Positions 1 to 8,915 of a stretch of DNA of 53,010 bases are shown in pieces (the stretch's first letter is position 1; every line of letters begins with the position of its first letter). Both the position numbers and the translations under genes were made by a program. The stretch comes from a virus (lineage: Duplodnaviria > Caudoviricetes). The notes below the pieces were generated by a model. The model searched no databases. It had not been told where the DNA came from and saw only the letters and a list, made by a program, of their open reading frames with translations. Where the stretch lies: IMG/VR virus record IMGVR_UViG_3300034631_000008, positions 1-53,010 of that record; one strand, given 5' to 3'.

Positions 1-35
1 GCCAGCGGCGGCCGGCCCGCGTATTGCCGGGTCCC

Positions 36-125
36 GGAGAGGTGGCCGAGTGGTCGAAGGCGCTCCCCTGCTAAGGGAGTATACCAGAGATGGTATCGAG
101 GGTTCGAATCCCTTCCTCTCCGCCA
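36..125 (+). tRNA. tRNA-Ser(GCT), prophage integration target
   Basis: Acceptor stem GGAGAGG/CCTCTCC + G + CCA; anticodon arm CTCCC-CT-GCT-AA-GGGAG; long variable arm; T-loop GGTTCGAATCC; 90 nt. Confidence 0.97.
61..125 (+). repeat. att core, left copy (3' part of tRNA-Ser)
   Basis: CGCTCCCCTGCT...CTCCGCCA identical to 52751-52815. Confidence 0.96.
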
Positions 126-207
126 GAGACCGGGCTTTAGCGCTCCCCCGACGTCTACGTCTCGGCACCCCTCGCACCAGAACATTCCCGGAAAATCCCG
201 CTCGTTC

Positions 208-225
208 TGGGGGAAAAGTGGGGGA
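208..225 (+). promoter_or_regulatory. Putative integrase arm-type sites
   Basis: TGGGGGAAAAGTGGGGGA resembles TGGGGGAAAATCGGGGGA at 52689-52706; both lie on the phage side of an att core. Confidence 0.5.
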
Positions 226-279
226 CGGTGTTGCCGGTGCGTTCTTCATCCACGACATTCGCCGGCTGTGGAGAACAGC

Positions 280-684
280 ATGATCCGTGCGCTCGCTCTG
301 GCCCTCCTCCTCACCTCCCCAGCAGCCGCTGATCCCCTTCCGGTCTGCTCCGGCGGCAACCGAGCTGAGCGGAAGCTGACCTGCATCGTCAACGGCGACA
401 CCGGCTGGGAGAACGGAGTGAAGTGGCGGGCTCTGAACGTCGACACGCCGGAGATCAGCCAGCCGGAATGCGCGGAGGAAAAGCGGTTGGGCCTTAAGGC
501 TCGCGATCGGCTGCGGGAGCTGATGGGCGACGGCTACACGATCGAGTGGACCGGCGACCGCGGCCGGTATGGGCGCGAGCTAGCGCATGTCATCCTCGAT
601 GACGGCAGGAACGCCGGGCAAGTGCTCATCAATGAGGGGCTCTCGCAGCCATGGCCGAATGAGGGTAACCGTTGGTGCCGGTAG
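280..684 (+). CDS. Thermonuclease (SNase-like) with signal peptide
   Basis: Signal peptide; VNGDT, R-x3-VDTPE and RYGR motifs. Confidence 0.85.
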   Translation: MIRALALALLLTSPAAADPLPVCSGGNRAERKLTCIVNGDTGWENGVKWRALNVDTPEISQPECAEEKRLGLKARDRLRELMGDGYTIEWTGDRGRYGRELAHVILDDGRNAGQVLINEGLSQPWPNEGNRWCR

Positions 685-699
685 CCAGAGGAGTCAGCC

Positions 700-954
700 A
701 TGTCCGCCAGCAAGCTCTACGTCGTACAGCAGTTCGTGAAACAGGGTCGCCGGCTGATGAACGGGCAGACCATGCAGTTTAAGACGGCTGACGAGGCGAG
801 GCTGCGCGCGGACCGTGACGGCGCTCGGCTGGGGAACGTAGTCGGCGTCGTGGCGGTGGAGCAGACGGTGGACGTGGAGACGGGAGAAGTCTTGGAAGAG
901 CCGATCGTGCTCGTCCGGCACGGCGAGGTGCCAGCAGAGGTCGCGGGTGATTAA
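700..954 (+). CDS. Hypothetical protein
   Basis: GAGGAG RBS, coupled to next ORF. Confidence 0.7.
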   Translation: MSASKLYVVQQFVKQGRRLMNGQTMQFKTADEARLRADRDGARLGNVVGVVAVEQTVDVETGEVLEEPIVLVRHGEVPAEVAGD

Positions 955-1212
955 GTGCCCAAGTCGATCACCATCTCCACCCTCGGCGACCTCGCCGACC
1001 ATGGCATGGGCCTCGCCTGGCACTGCGAGGACTGTGGACGCGAGCTCGATCTGACGCTCGCCAAGGCGATTGAGCTATGGGGCCGCGATCAAACCTATGT
1101 CAGATGGGACCCGCCGGTGAAGTGCGCCGGCTGCGGTAGCCGGAACATCAGCGGACGAGTGCGGGCGAACACGGCCATCAGGCAAGCTACAGGGACGCCG
1201 TTCGTGCCGTGA
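955..1212 (+). CDS. Small zinc-ribbon protein
   Basis: CEDC...CAGC cysteine pairs; abuts upstream stop. Confidence 0.7.
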   Translation: MPKSITISTLGDLADHGMGLAWHCEDCGRELDLTLAKAIELWGRDQTYVRWDPPVKCAGCGSRNISGRVRANTAIRQATGTPFVP

Positions 1213-1466
1213 TCCTTCACCGGTTCCGCGGCCCACCCGCCGAGACCTCGGAAGAGGTGGCAGCACTCGTCGTCCTGCATGGTCCGGAACGCGCACGACT
1301 GATGGCGCACGAGGGACTGCGGGATGCGTTGGAAAACCGACACTGGCTCGACGAGGACGAGCTGCGCCGACGCAGGCGCTACTGGAACAGCGTCATGCGC
1401 GAGATCGAGCGGCGGACCGGCTCTCGGCATGAGCCGGACACGGTGACGCGGTATCTGAAGCGGTAG
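1209..1466 (+). CDS. Hypothetical protein
   Basis: GTGA overlap with upstream ORF. Confidence 0.6.
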   Translation: MILHRFRGPPAETSEEVAALVVLHGPERARLMAHEGLRDALENRHWLDEDELRRRRRYWNSVMREIERRTGSRHEPDTVTRYLKR

Positions 1467-1812
1467 ACGGCAAGAACGTGATGCGACGTGCCGCGTTGCA
1501 GGATGAGGTGGCGCCTATAAGAGGGAGCGGGTTATCCCCACTGTCCCCCGCCGGGGCGATTAACCGAACCTTAAAACAGTCTCGCGGCCGCTTTGGCGTT
1601 GCCGCGCAGTGCGGAATCGACCAAGCTGTCCTCTGGCCTCGATACGTCGGGACCAAAAGGGGCGGGCCGCCCTGCGGCAAACAGGAGCGGCCCGTATTGT
1701 CAACCACCTTGCGGGGGCCTTGTCGTGATCACGAGACCATATGTCGGTCATGACCCGACCATGTCAACTGATGTTGAAAGCCTCCGCTCCATTCGCCAAG
1801 GAGCGAGCAGAA

Positions 1813-2850
1813 ATGTCACAGGATGAACAGCCAAAGCGCGGGCTGACTAAGCGCATTCTCGACAAGGCCTCGGCGGCCGTCCGATTTGTGAAAGACGTCA
1901 CTTTCGACGCCCTCGCAAGTTTCACCAGCGACGGGAAGCAGATCGATTTCCCGATCGATTTTCAGACGGATACCGTCTGGGCAACCTACGAACAGATGGC
2001 AGCTCTGTTCGGAACGAAGTCCCCGGCGGTGATTAAGCACGTCCAGAACATCTACAGCGACGGCGAATTGGACCGATCGTCAACCGCTTCCAAAATGGAA
2101 GTGGTTCGCGATGAGGGCGGAAGAGCCGTCCGGCGCACCATCGATCATTTCAACTTAGACGTCATCCTCGCTGTCGGATACCGGGTGAACAGCCGGAAAG
2201 CGACCGAATTCAGAAAGTGGGCGACCAAGGTTCTGAAGGGCTACATCGAGAAGGGCTACGCCCTCAACGGCAAGCGTCTCGATAGCGATCCTGCTGCACT
2301 TCTGGCTCTTTCTCGTGAAGTCCGGGCCATCCGGACCTCGGAGAAGAACCTTTACACTCAGGTTAGAGAGACTTTCGCCGAGTGCTCGATCGATTATGAC
2401 AAGGACGACCCGACTGCGAGAACTTTCTTCGCAACGACGCAGGACGTTTTTCATTACGCTGCATCTGGTCAAACAGCAGCTGAGATTGTCCGATCCCGAG
2501 CCGATGCGTCCCGACCGAACATGGGGCTGACCGCGCTGGGTAATCAGAAGCCGCGAGCAGCTGATGTGACGGTCGCCAAGAACTATTGCTCGCCGACCGA
2601 GCTTCGAAAGATGGAGCTCATCGCTGAGGCATGGCTCCTGTATGCCGAAGGGATGGCGATGCAGAGTAAGCAGGTGTCCATGCAGCGCCTTCTCGATAAG
2701 CTTCGGGAGCTTGTCACTCAGTACGAATTCCCTGTTTTTCCTGGGTATCAGCAAGGAACGGTCCGGCGGGAAGCGGCAAATCTGCATGCCAGAAGACAGT
2801 TGGATCTCTTCCGACAGGGCCAGCGCCAGATTTCTGAGTCGGGCGCCTGA
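1813..2850 (+). CDS. rhuM: RhuM-family DNA-binding protein
   Basis: TVWATYEQMAALF, HVQNIYSDGEL, NLDVILAVGYRVNS, FRKWATKVL; AAGGAG RBS. Confidence 0.85.
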   Translation: MSQDEQPKRGLTKRILDKASAAVRFVKDVTFDALASFTSDGKQIDFPIDFQTDTVWATYEQMAALFGTKSPAVIKHVQNIYSDGELDRSSTASKMEVVRDEGGRAVRRTIDHFNLDVILAVGYRVNSRKATEFRKWATKVLKGYIEKGYALNGKRLDSDPAALLALSREVRAIRTSEKNLYTQVRETFAECSIDYDKDDPTARTFFATTQDVFHYAASGQTAAEIVRSRADASRPNMGLTALGNQKPRAADVTVAKNYCSPTELRKMELIAEAWLLYAEGMAMQSKQVSMQRLLDKLRELVTQYEFPVFPGYQQGTVRREAANLHARRQLDLFRQGQRQISESGA

Positions 2851-2954
2851 TCCGGCCGCAGTAACCTGACCTGAGCACTACAGAAGCCGTCGATCCGAAC
2901 TCGGGTCGGCGGCTCTGGCACGACGGGAAGTCTATGGCTAAGCGCGCCTGATCG

Positions 2955-3620
2955 CTATAGCGCCCCCTCCCCATCCTTCCGCTCCCCACGCGCCACGATC
3001 CGCAGCACGTCATCCGGCAGCGGCCGTTGCAGCGCCGACGCCTCCGCCCACTCCGCCCGCATCCACACGTCGATCTCCTCGGGCTCCGTCAGGATCACCG
3101 GCATCGCCTTCGGGTGGATCGGCGCGACGATCGCGTTCGGCTCGCAGGTGAGGAAGGCGTAGAGGTCGGCGTTCACCTCCCCCTCCTTCACCTTCCGAAC
3201 GCTCGTCCAGTTCGTCCAGATCCCGGCGAACACCATCAAGGGCCGGCTCTCGTCCCGGGCGAACCACACGGGCACCTTCTTGCCCTCAGGCGTCGTCTCG
3301 TACTCGGAGAAGCTGGTGAACGGCACGACGCAGCGGTTTGCCGGGCCCAGCCAGCGGCGCCAGTGCGGCGACTTCACGTTGCGGACGTTGGTGACGCCGC
3401 TGTCGACGGTGCGACCCTTCAGCACGAACTGCGGCGACGGCATGCCCCAGCGCATCATCGTCAGTTCGCGTTCGCCGCCCTCCCCGTTTCGCACCACCGG
3501 CGCCAGATAGTCCGGGAAGATGCCCGGCAGCGATGGCATGTTGCCCGATCGGTCCCGCATGGCGCGGTTGAACTCTAGGATGGCCGCCTGGCCCTTGGTG
3601 ATGGAATAGAGGTTGCACAT
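2955..3620 (-). CDS. SOS response-associated peptidase (SRAP/HMCES/YedK family)
   Basis: N-terminal MCNLY (catalytic Cys2), [22 protein letters not shown]. Confidence 0.93.
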   Translation of the reverse strand: MCNLYSITKGQAAILEFNRAMRDRSGNMPSLPGIFPDYLAPVVRNGEGGERELTMMRWGMPSPQFVLKGRTVDSGVTNVRNVKSPHWRRWLGPANRCVVPFTSFSEYETTPEGKKVPVWFARDESRPLMVFAGIWTNWTSVRKVKEGEVNADLYAFLTCEPNAIVAPIHPKAMPVILTEPEEIDVWMRAEWAEASALQRPLPDDVLRIVARGERKDGEGAL

Positions 3621-3721
3621 CACGGAAAGAGAGCACGGCGTATCGCCGCCGTCGAGATCACCATCAAATGGACTATCGGCACCAGCCGGAGACCGCTATG
3701 CGCAATCGATGAAGTGGCATC

Positions 3722-4021
3722 ATGCCAACCGCTCCAGAGGATTGTCACTTGGACAACGTTAGCGCGTTCACATTTTATTCGAGCATCGCGTTCTGGCTGG
3801 GCCTTTTGGGGACCTTGGTCTTTGTATTCGTCCTGCTGGTGGGTCCCAAGATGTCCTTCTTTGGAAGGCTCTGCTGGAGTGTCGGCTCTGTGGTAGCCAC
3901 CGTATTGTTTGTGATCATCTATGCACGTATGGAAATGCATATGGTGAAATCTCGTGCGCACCCATTACAGGAACTTTGCGACAACGAATCTCTACAATTT
4001 AGTGCCAGTGGATGTCGCTGA
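3722..4021 (+). CDS. Small two-TM membrane protein (moron)
   Basis: Two hydrophobic segments, more AT-rich than flanks, opposite strand. Confidence 0.5.
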   Translation: MPTAPEDCHLDNVSAFTFYSSIAFWLGLLGTLVFVFVLLVGPKMSFFGRLCWSVGSVVATVLFVIIYARMEMHMVKSRAHPLQELCDNESLQFSASGCR

Positions 4022-4100
4022 GGCGTCGATGGAACATCCTGATGAGGCTGCGGTCCTGAAGGCGAGAGGGTGCTGTGCCGGCGCGGTCATGGCTGAAACA

Positions 4101-4137
4101 AGAAAAGACGCCGCCCCGGTTAAGGGACGGCGGCTCT
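4101..4137 (-). terminator. Intrinsic terminator ending the late/lysis operon
   Basis: Minus strand GCCGCCGTCCC-TTAACC-GGGGCGGCG then TCTTTTCT. Confidence 0.65.
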
Positions 4138-4162
4138 GGCATGGCGGCGATGCGGGCGGCGG

Positions 4163-4492
4163 CTATCGCCGGCGGCTCATTTCATGCCGAAGCTCCTGAA
4201 CCTCTTCCTTGTGGTCGACGACGGCGCGGGCATGTTCCTCGATTGCCTTCACCAGAAGGCGGGTCGCAGCGGCGTTATCGGTTGTCGCGATTGCCTGCCC
4301 CGTGACCTCCGTCGTCAGGCTCTTGATCGCCTCGCTATCGAAGAAGTCGGTGGCGACTTCCAGTCCTGGCCGCTGCTTTGTCGGCGCGTCCTTCCCTCTT
4401 TTGAACCCGAGGCCGGCGACGAGACCGACGACCAAAATGACAATTGCGTTGGCGAGTTTCTCGATCTCGATGCCTGCGAGCCATTCCCACAT
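4163..4492 (-). CDS. Membrane-anchored coiled-coil protein of lysis cassette
   Basis: One N-terminal TM, coiled-coil C-terminus, lysis synteny. Confidence 0.65.
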   Translation of the reverse strand: MWEWLAGIEIEKLANAIVILVVGLVAGLGFKRGKDAPTKQRPGLEVATDFFDSEAIKSLTTEVTGQAIATTDNAAATRLLVKAIEEHARAVVDHKEEVQELRHEMSRRR

Positions 4493-4495
4493 CCC

Positions 4496-4948
4496 TCAAG
4501 GCCTCGCAGCGTTCTTCCCGACATCTGACCAAGACCGGTAGACGTTCATGATTTCGAGCAGCACCATCGTCGACCAGCCGATGACGCCCGAGAGCGCCCC
4601 GCCCCCGTTCAGGAACGCCATCAGGAAGCCGAGACTGACCTGCGACCAGATCGCGACGCCCGCGACAGAGGCTACGGCCCGGATGTGGGGCGAAAAGGCG
4701 AAACCCTTGAACGTGCCGTTGATGGTCAGCGCCGAGAGCCGGATCATCCCGCACGCCAGGATGACCCACGCCCACGTCTGCTCGCTCGCCCAGCGCGCGA
4801 GATACTCGTAGGAGGGCGACACGTTGAACATGTCGGGCATGGCCTGGAGCGCGGCCCACATGCCGATCGCGGGCCATAGCATCACCCATTCGGAGACGCG
4901 GATCGGGAAGTGGTCCGCGACGCCCCGGTAGATGCGCAGCACGATCAT
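4496..4948 (-). CDS. Four-TM membrane protein (holin candidate)
   Basis: Four hydrophobic helices, ATGA overlap. Confidence 0.7.
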   Translation of the reverse strand: MIVLRIYRGVADHFPIRVSEWVMLWPAIGMWAALQAMPDMFNVSPSYEYLARWASEQTWAWVILACGMIRLSALTINGTFKGFAFSPHIRAVASVAGVAIWSQVSLGFLMAFLNGGGALSGVIGWSTMVLLEIMNVYRSWSDVGKNAARP

Positions 4949-5202
4949 CGGCCCCTCACCATCGGCCGCCACGGCGCCCATCCGACCACGCAGCCGTCGC
5001 GGCCGAGAACCTGCACCTCAAGCCCGCCACCGCGCCCGACCCGGACCAGGCGCGGCGCCGGTGGGCAGACGACGTCAGACAGCCGCCTGGGAGGCTCAGG
5101 AAGCGTAGGACTGGCTTGGGCGTCCGATGACAGCCAGATGACGGCCAGCCCCGCCAGGAAGGCTACGACGGCCAGAGCAGCGAGACGCCACCGCCGGTTC
5201 AT
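4945..5202 (-). CDS. Small exported protein (spanin-like candidate)
   Basis: Basic-hydrophobic signal, Pro-rich, two Cys; ATGA overlaps. Confidence 0.5.
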   Translation of the reverse strand: MNRRWRLAALAVVAFLAGLAVIWLSSDAQASPTLPEPPRRLSDVVCPPAPRLVRVGRGGGLEVQVLGRDGCVVGWAPWRPMVRGR

Positions 5203-5564
5203 CGCCGCACCGCCTCGATCTGCTTCTGCACATGCGGCAGGACCAGATCCCGGATCGCCCGGTCGTTCAGCCCGAGCTTGTCGATCGTCTCCGGGACAGA
5301 CATGCGCACGTAGTCGATCGCCGCATCGAGGGGGACCGTCTTCGCGCCGCCCAATGCGGTCTTCGCCCCGCCGGCACGCGCCAGCGCGGTCAGCGCGGCG
5401 TTCTCCAGAGCCGACTGCAGGATCTTCGCCTGCGCTTCGGACTTGATGACCTTGTTCGCCTGAAGCCATGCCATGGCGGCCGGGATCGCGATCGTGGTCA
5501 GGATCGTCGCCAGCAGCGGCAGGACAACGGCCAGCGTGATGTCGAGTGCGTTTTCCATGGTCAT
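5199..5564 (-). CDS. Putative holin
   Basis: N-terminal TM, AIDYV..SVPETI tail, directly after endolysin. Confidence 0.6.
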   Translation of the reverse strand: MTMENALDITLAVVLPLLATILTTIAIPAAMAWLQANKVIKSEAQAKILQSALENAALTALARAGGAKTALGGAKTVPLDAAIDYVRMSVPETIDKLGLNDRAIRDLVLPHVQKQIEAVRR

Positions 5565-6223
5565 GCCTCCAGAGCCGCGCGGATAGCGGCGGTAGCGGTT
5601 TCGATGCTGGTGAGGTGGGCGGCGATGTCGGGCCGGACCGGTCCCACGGGGACGGGCTCAGCGGGCGTGTCGGCGAGGCCGAACGCGGCGCGCATCTCGC
5701 GCTCCACGTTGATGCGCTTCGCGCTGCCCCAGACTGGCGTGCCGGACGCCGTCAGCCGGGTGTATTCGAGGATCGTGCCGTCGTTCGACCATTTGCCGTC
5801 GAAGAACAGCGCCGCCTCCTTCTGCCGGCGGGCGATGATCTCCTTCGGCTTCTTCCACGAGAGGAAGGACGTCCGGGCCGCGGCGATCTTGCCCGCCTTC
5901 CACAGGTCCGGCCACGACGCAGATCGGATCGCTCCGGTGTTCCAGTGGAAGGACAGCGCCCCGGCGAACTGCGCCTTGGTCAGATCGTGACCGGAGAACT
6001 CTGCCCGCACCGCATCGGCGTAGTTGTTCAGGGCCCAAGCATAGACGGCGAGGCAGTGCTCCATCGTCTGCGGCTCGCCGATGTAGCGCTTGACGTCGTG
6101 ACCCGTGGCTGAGGTGAGCCCCACCGACCACGTCCAGACGCCAACGCTGTCCTTGTAAGCCTGTCGGATCACCGCCTCATGGGAAGCGATCTCCAGCGCG
6201 ACGTCGTAGTCGACTTCCATCAT
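5561..6223 (-). CDS. Endolysin, GH24 lysozyme
   Basis: HE-x5-AYKDSVGVWT catalytic motif, QF.ALSF.WNTG, RR.KE..LF. Confidence 0.92.
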   Translation of the reverse strand: MMEVDYDVALEIASHEAVIRQAYKDSVGVWTWSVGLTSATGHDVKRYIGEPQTMEHCLAVYAWALNNYADAVRAEFSGHDLTKAQFAGALSFHWNTGAIRSASWPDLWKAGKIAAARTSFLSWKKPKEIIARRQKEAALFFDGKWSNDGTILEYTRLTASGTPVWGSAKRINVEREMRAAFGLADTPAEPVPVGPVRPDIAAHLTSIETATAAIRAALEA

Positions 6224-6239
6224 GACGATCTCCGGGCGT

Positions 6240-6274
6240 GAAAAAGCCCGCCGCGGCAGGACCGGGACGGGCTC
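6240..6274 (-). terminator. Possible intrinsic terminator between tail and lysis genes
   Basis: Minus strand GCCCG...CGGGC followed by TTTTTC. Confidence 0.45.
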
Positions 6275-6314
6275 GAGACGCCGCTCGGAAGCGGCCGGGT
6301 GATGTCGAAGCGCC

Positions 6315-6569
6315 TCAGCGCCTGCCGCGCGGCCCGTATTTCAGGTCGCACCAGATGGCGGTGCCCAGTGCCATCACGGCGCCGAGGACGATGCCCGCAA
6401 CGGGATGGCTGGCGGCCATGGTCGCCGCGACGCAGGATCCCAGATCGAGGCTCGAGCCGAGATCCAGCGCCGAGAGATCATGGACAGTGCAGCACCGGGT
6501 GAGCGATGTGCCAAACCAGACATCCGGCCACCAGGTGCATTCCAGATCAGGCTCCCGGCCAGCCGGCAT
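6315..6569 (-). CDS. Small phospholipase-A2-like protein
   Basis: CTWWPD...CCTVHD motif, later Cys and hydrophobic tail. Confidence 0.55.
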   Translation of the reverse strand: MPAGREPDLECTWWPDVWFGTSLTRCCTVHDLSALDLGSSLDLGSCVAATMAASHPVAGIVLGAVMALGTAIWCDLKYGPRGRR

Positions 6570-7176
6570 CGACGTCGATCGCATCGAGGGAGGCCACGTC
6601 TCCGGCCGCCTTGATCGCGTCCTTCAGCGCCCAGGCGTGGCCCATGATGGCGCCGCGCCACTGGCCCATCGCGACCATTGCGCCGGACACGACAGTCGCC
6701 GAAGCCTGGAACGTCTGGTCGCCGGCGTCCCGGATGTCGATCGGGGCCGATCCCAGACCAGCGGCGATGGCGTCGTCGGCAATGCCCTTCAGCCCCAGCC
6801 AGTTGATGGCATCCATCTCGGTTCGCTGGTCGAGCGTGCGGATGCCTGCCGAGCCCCCGAAATTGTGCTGGTAGCCGCCAGCGATGACCTGGTCGCGGCG
6901 GATGTTCACCGCGGCGGCCTTCGCCGTCTTCAGCTCGTCGAGCGAGATCTCCAGCGGCCCCGGCGGCAGCATTTCGGTGCCGACGCGCCGCCATCCGGCG
7001 GCCACATCCTCCGCCACCGGCTCGAAGCCGAGAGACGGCGGGAAGAAATCGCCGACCTCCGCCGGGCGCGCCGCCGATGCGGCGTCGGGATCGCCCGAAT
7101 TGATCGCCAGGATCTCATCCGGAACGGTGACAGCCTCGAGCACGAGGCCGTCACCGTCGAAACGCGCAAGGCGCAT
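6547..7176 (-). CDS. Tail fibre assembly protein (DUF4376-like)
   Basis: Follows tail fibre; LDELKTAK..RRD; ends AIDVDAGWP. Confidence 0.8.
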   Translation of the reverse strand: MRLARFDGDGLVLEAVTVPDEILAINSGDPDAASAARPAEVGDFFPPSLGFEPVAEDVAAGWRRVGTEMLPPGPLEISLDELKTAKAAAVNIRRDQVIAGGYQHNFGGSAGIRTLDQRTEMDAINWLGLKGIADDAIAAGLGSAPIDIRDAGDQTFQASATVVSGAMVAMGQWRGAIMGHAWALKDAIKAAGDVASLDAIDVDAGWPGA

Positions 7177-7188
7177 GGTTCTATCTCC

Positions 7189-8895
7189 TCAATACTCGAT
7201 GATGACGAGGCCACGGGCGCCGTTGCCGCCGGCAGCGTTGGTTGACGATCCCGCCCCGCCGCCGCCCGGAAAGGCGCCGGGCTGACCGGCCGCGGTGACG
7301 TTCGGTCCAGCCGGCGAGCCGGCGTAGGTAGCCCCGCCGAAGCCGCCCATCTGGCGGCCAGTGGTGAGCGGAATGCCGTTGCCACCTGCGCGACCATTGA
7401 TGGCGATCTCCCCGCCAGAGCCAGAGCCGCCGGCGCCACCGAAAGCGGCCGGGCCAGCAGAGCTGCCGGAGCCAACCGCGCCGCCTGTCGCCGCGATCGT
7501 GCCGGCCACCGATGACGCGCCGCCTTGCGTGGGAGCACTGACGCCCGGTACGCCGCCCACCCCCTCCGCACCGACGATGATCGTCAGCGTCTGCCCCGGC
7601 GTTACCGCGATACGCCCCTCGGCATAGCCGCCACCGCCGCCGCCCGAGCCGGAGGAGTCGTCGTTGTTGGAGGCGCCGCCGCCGCCGCCAGCCCCCCACA
7701 CCTTCGCGCGTATGACCAGCACGCCAGCCGGAACCACCCACGAGAAGGTGCCCGCCGTCGGGAAGGAGACGGAGGACGATCGCGGCAGGTCGATGGGGCT
7801 GACGACGCCGGTACCGCTCCGGCTCGTGACTTCCGCTGCAGTCGCTCTCTTGACCAGCCCGTCCTTGGCGGTCGTTGCAAGGTCGCTCGACACGACCACC
7901 TCGCCCTGCGCCGTACCGTCGGAGGTGACGACGGAAAGCCGCATGCTGCCGGCAAGGCGCCGCAGGCGGACCAGATAGTCCTGCTCGACTTGATCCTTGA
8001 AATCCAGCGACTGGCCAGGACCAGCGATTTCGATCGTGTTGCCGTTGATGTCGACCAGGCCGTTGCCGCTATTCACGACGATCCGGGGGGCATAGAGATC
8101 CCCGGTCATCGTCCCGCCTGACTTCCGCAGGTAGGTCACCCTGGCCGCCGCCGGCGTAACGGCTTCCGAGTTGTTGGCGGCATCGCCGGCATCGGCAGCG
8201 AGCGCGATCAGGCCGCGAGCACCCGCCGCCGCATGGTCGCTGCTGACGACGATGTCGCCCTGATACTGCCCGCTCGCCGTAGTGATCGCGAGCCGGTAGC
8301 TATTTCGGCCGATGCGGACGAGGAAGTCCTCTTCAATCGTGTTCTTGAAATCGAACGACTGACCCGGACCAGCGATTTCGATCGTGTTGCCGTTGATGTC
8401 GACTTCGCCAGACGAGCCATCGTTGATCTTGATCCGCGGGAGAACCAGCGTCCCCGTCATGTTGTCGCCGCCGAGCCGGACGAACGGTCCCCACTCCGCC
8501 CACGTGGACCCATCGTACCGCAACACGATCTGCCGGCCTGACCAGTATTGCACTTGAAGCCCTGCGACCGGTGCCGCGAACGCCCACTCGGTACCGGTCC
8601 ACATTGCTATCTGATTATCGAATCCACCCCATGCCCCGGAGCCGGTCGGCAGAACGACGTATCGATCGCCAACAGCAGGAGAAGAAGGGGGCGCCGACTG
8701 CCAGCCATATACCGGGATGTCGGCATTGGCACTTCTCAGCGAGAGAGCGTTGATGGCCTGCTGTGCGTCCTGAAACAGGAAGTTGAACAGGTCGCGATCA
8801 AGCTCTCCACAGGGAAAGCCCTCGTCCAACTCTCCGGCGGAAGGCGAGCGCGTGGGTCCGTTGACGGCCCACGGGGGGTCGAAGGGCAAAGACAT
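7189..8895 (-). CDS. Tail fibre (DUF2793-like segment, two internal repeats, Gly-rich C-terminus)
   Basis: PPSSPAVGDRYVV...GAWGG..QIA; FSWVVPAGV...GAGGGGG; ends GARGLVIIEY. Confidence 0.85.
   Translation of the reverse strand: MSLPFDPPWAVNGPTRSPSAGELDEGFPCGELDRDLFNFLFQDAQQAINALSLRSANADIPVYGWQSAPPSSPAVGDRYVVLPTGSGAWGGFDNQIAMWTGTEWAFAAPVAGLQVQYWSGRQIVLRYDGSTWAEWGPFVRLGGDNMTGTLVLPRIKINDGSSGEVDINGNTIEIAGPGQSFDFKNTIEEDFLVRIGRNSYRLAITTASGQYQGDIVVSSDHAAAGARGLIALAADAGDAANNSEAVTPAAARVTYLRKSGGTMTGDLYAPRIVVNSGNGLVDINGNTIEIAGPGQSLDFKDQVEQDYLVRLRRLAGSMRLSVVTSDGTAQGEVVVSSDLATTAKDGLVKRATAAEVTSRSGTGVVSPIDLPRSSSVSFPTAGTFSWVVPAGVLVIRAKVWGAGGGGGASNNDDSSGSGGGGGGYAEGRIAVTPGQTLTIIVGAEGVGGVPGVSAPTQGGASSVAGTIAATGGAVGSGSSAGPAAFGGAGGSGSGGEIAINGRAGGNGIPLTTGRQMGGFGGATYAGSPAGPNVTAAGQPGAFPGGGGAGSSTNAAGGNGARGLVIIEY
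8018..8403. repeat. 38-bp exact direct repeat in tail fibre (8018-8055, 8366-8403)
   Basis: GGACCAGCGATTTCGATCGTGTTGCCGTTGATGTCGAC twice. Confidence 0.9.
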
Positions 8896-8915
8896 TGATG
8901 ATCCTCGGTAAAAAG

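Noticed and set aside
50-283. 77-aa ORF over the tRNA
   Set aside because: Overlaps tRNA-Ser/att; spurious (same for 52738-52953)
7189-8895. Diversity-generating retroelement or invertible fibre
   Set aside because: No reverse transcriptase or invertase; repeats are in-frame and direct, without adenine-specific differences
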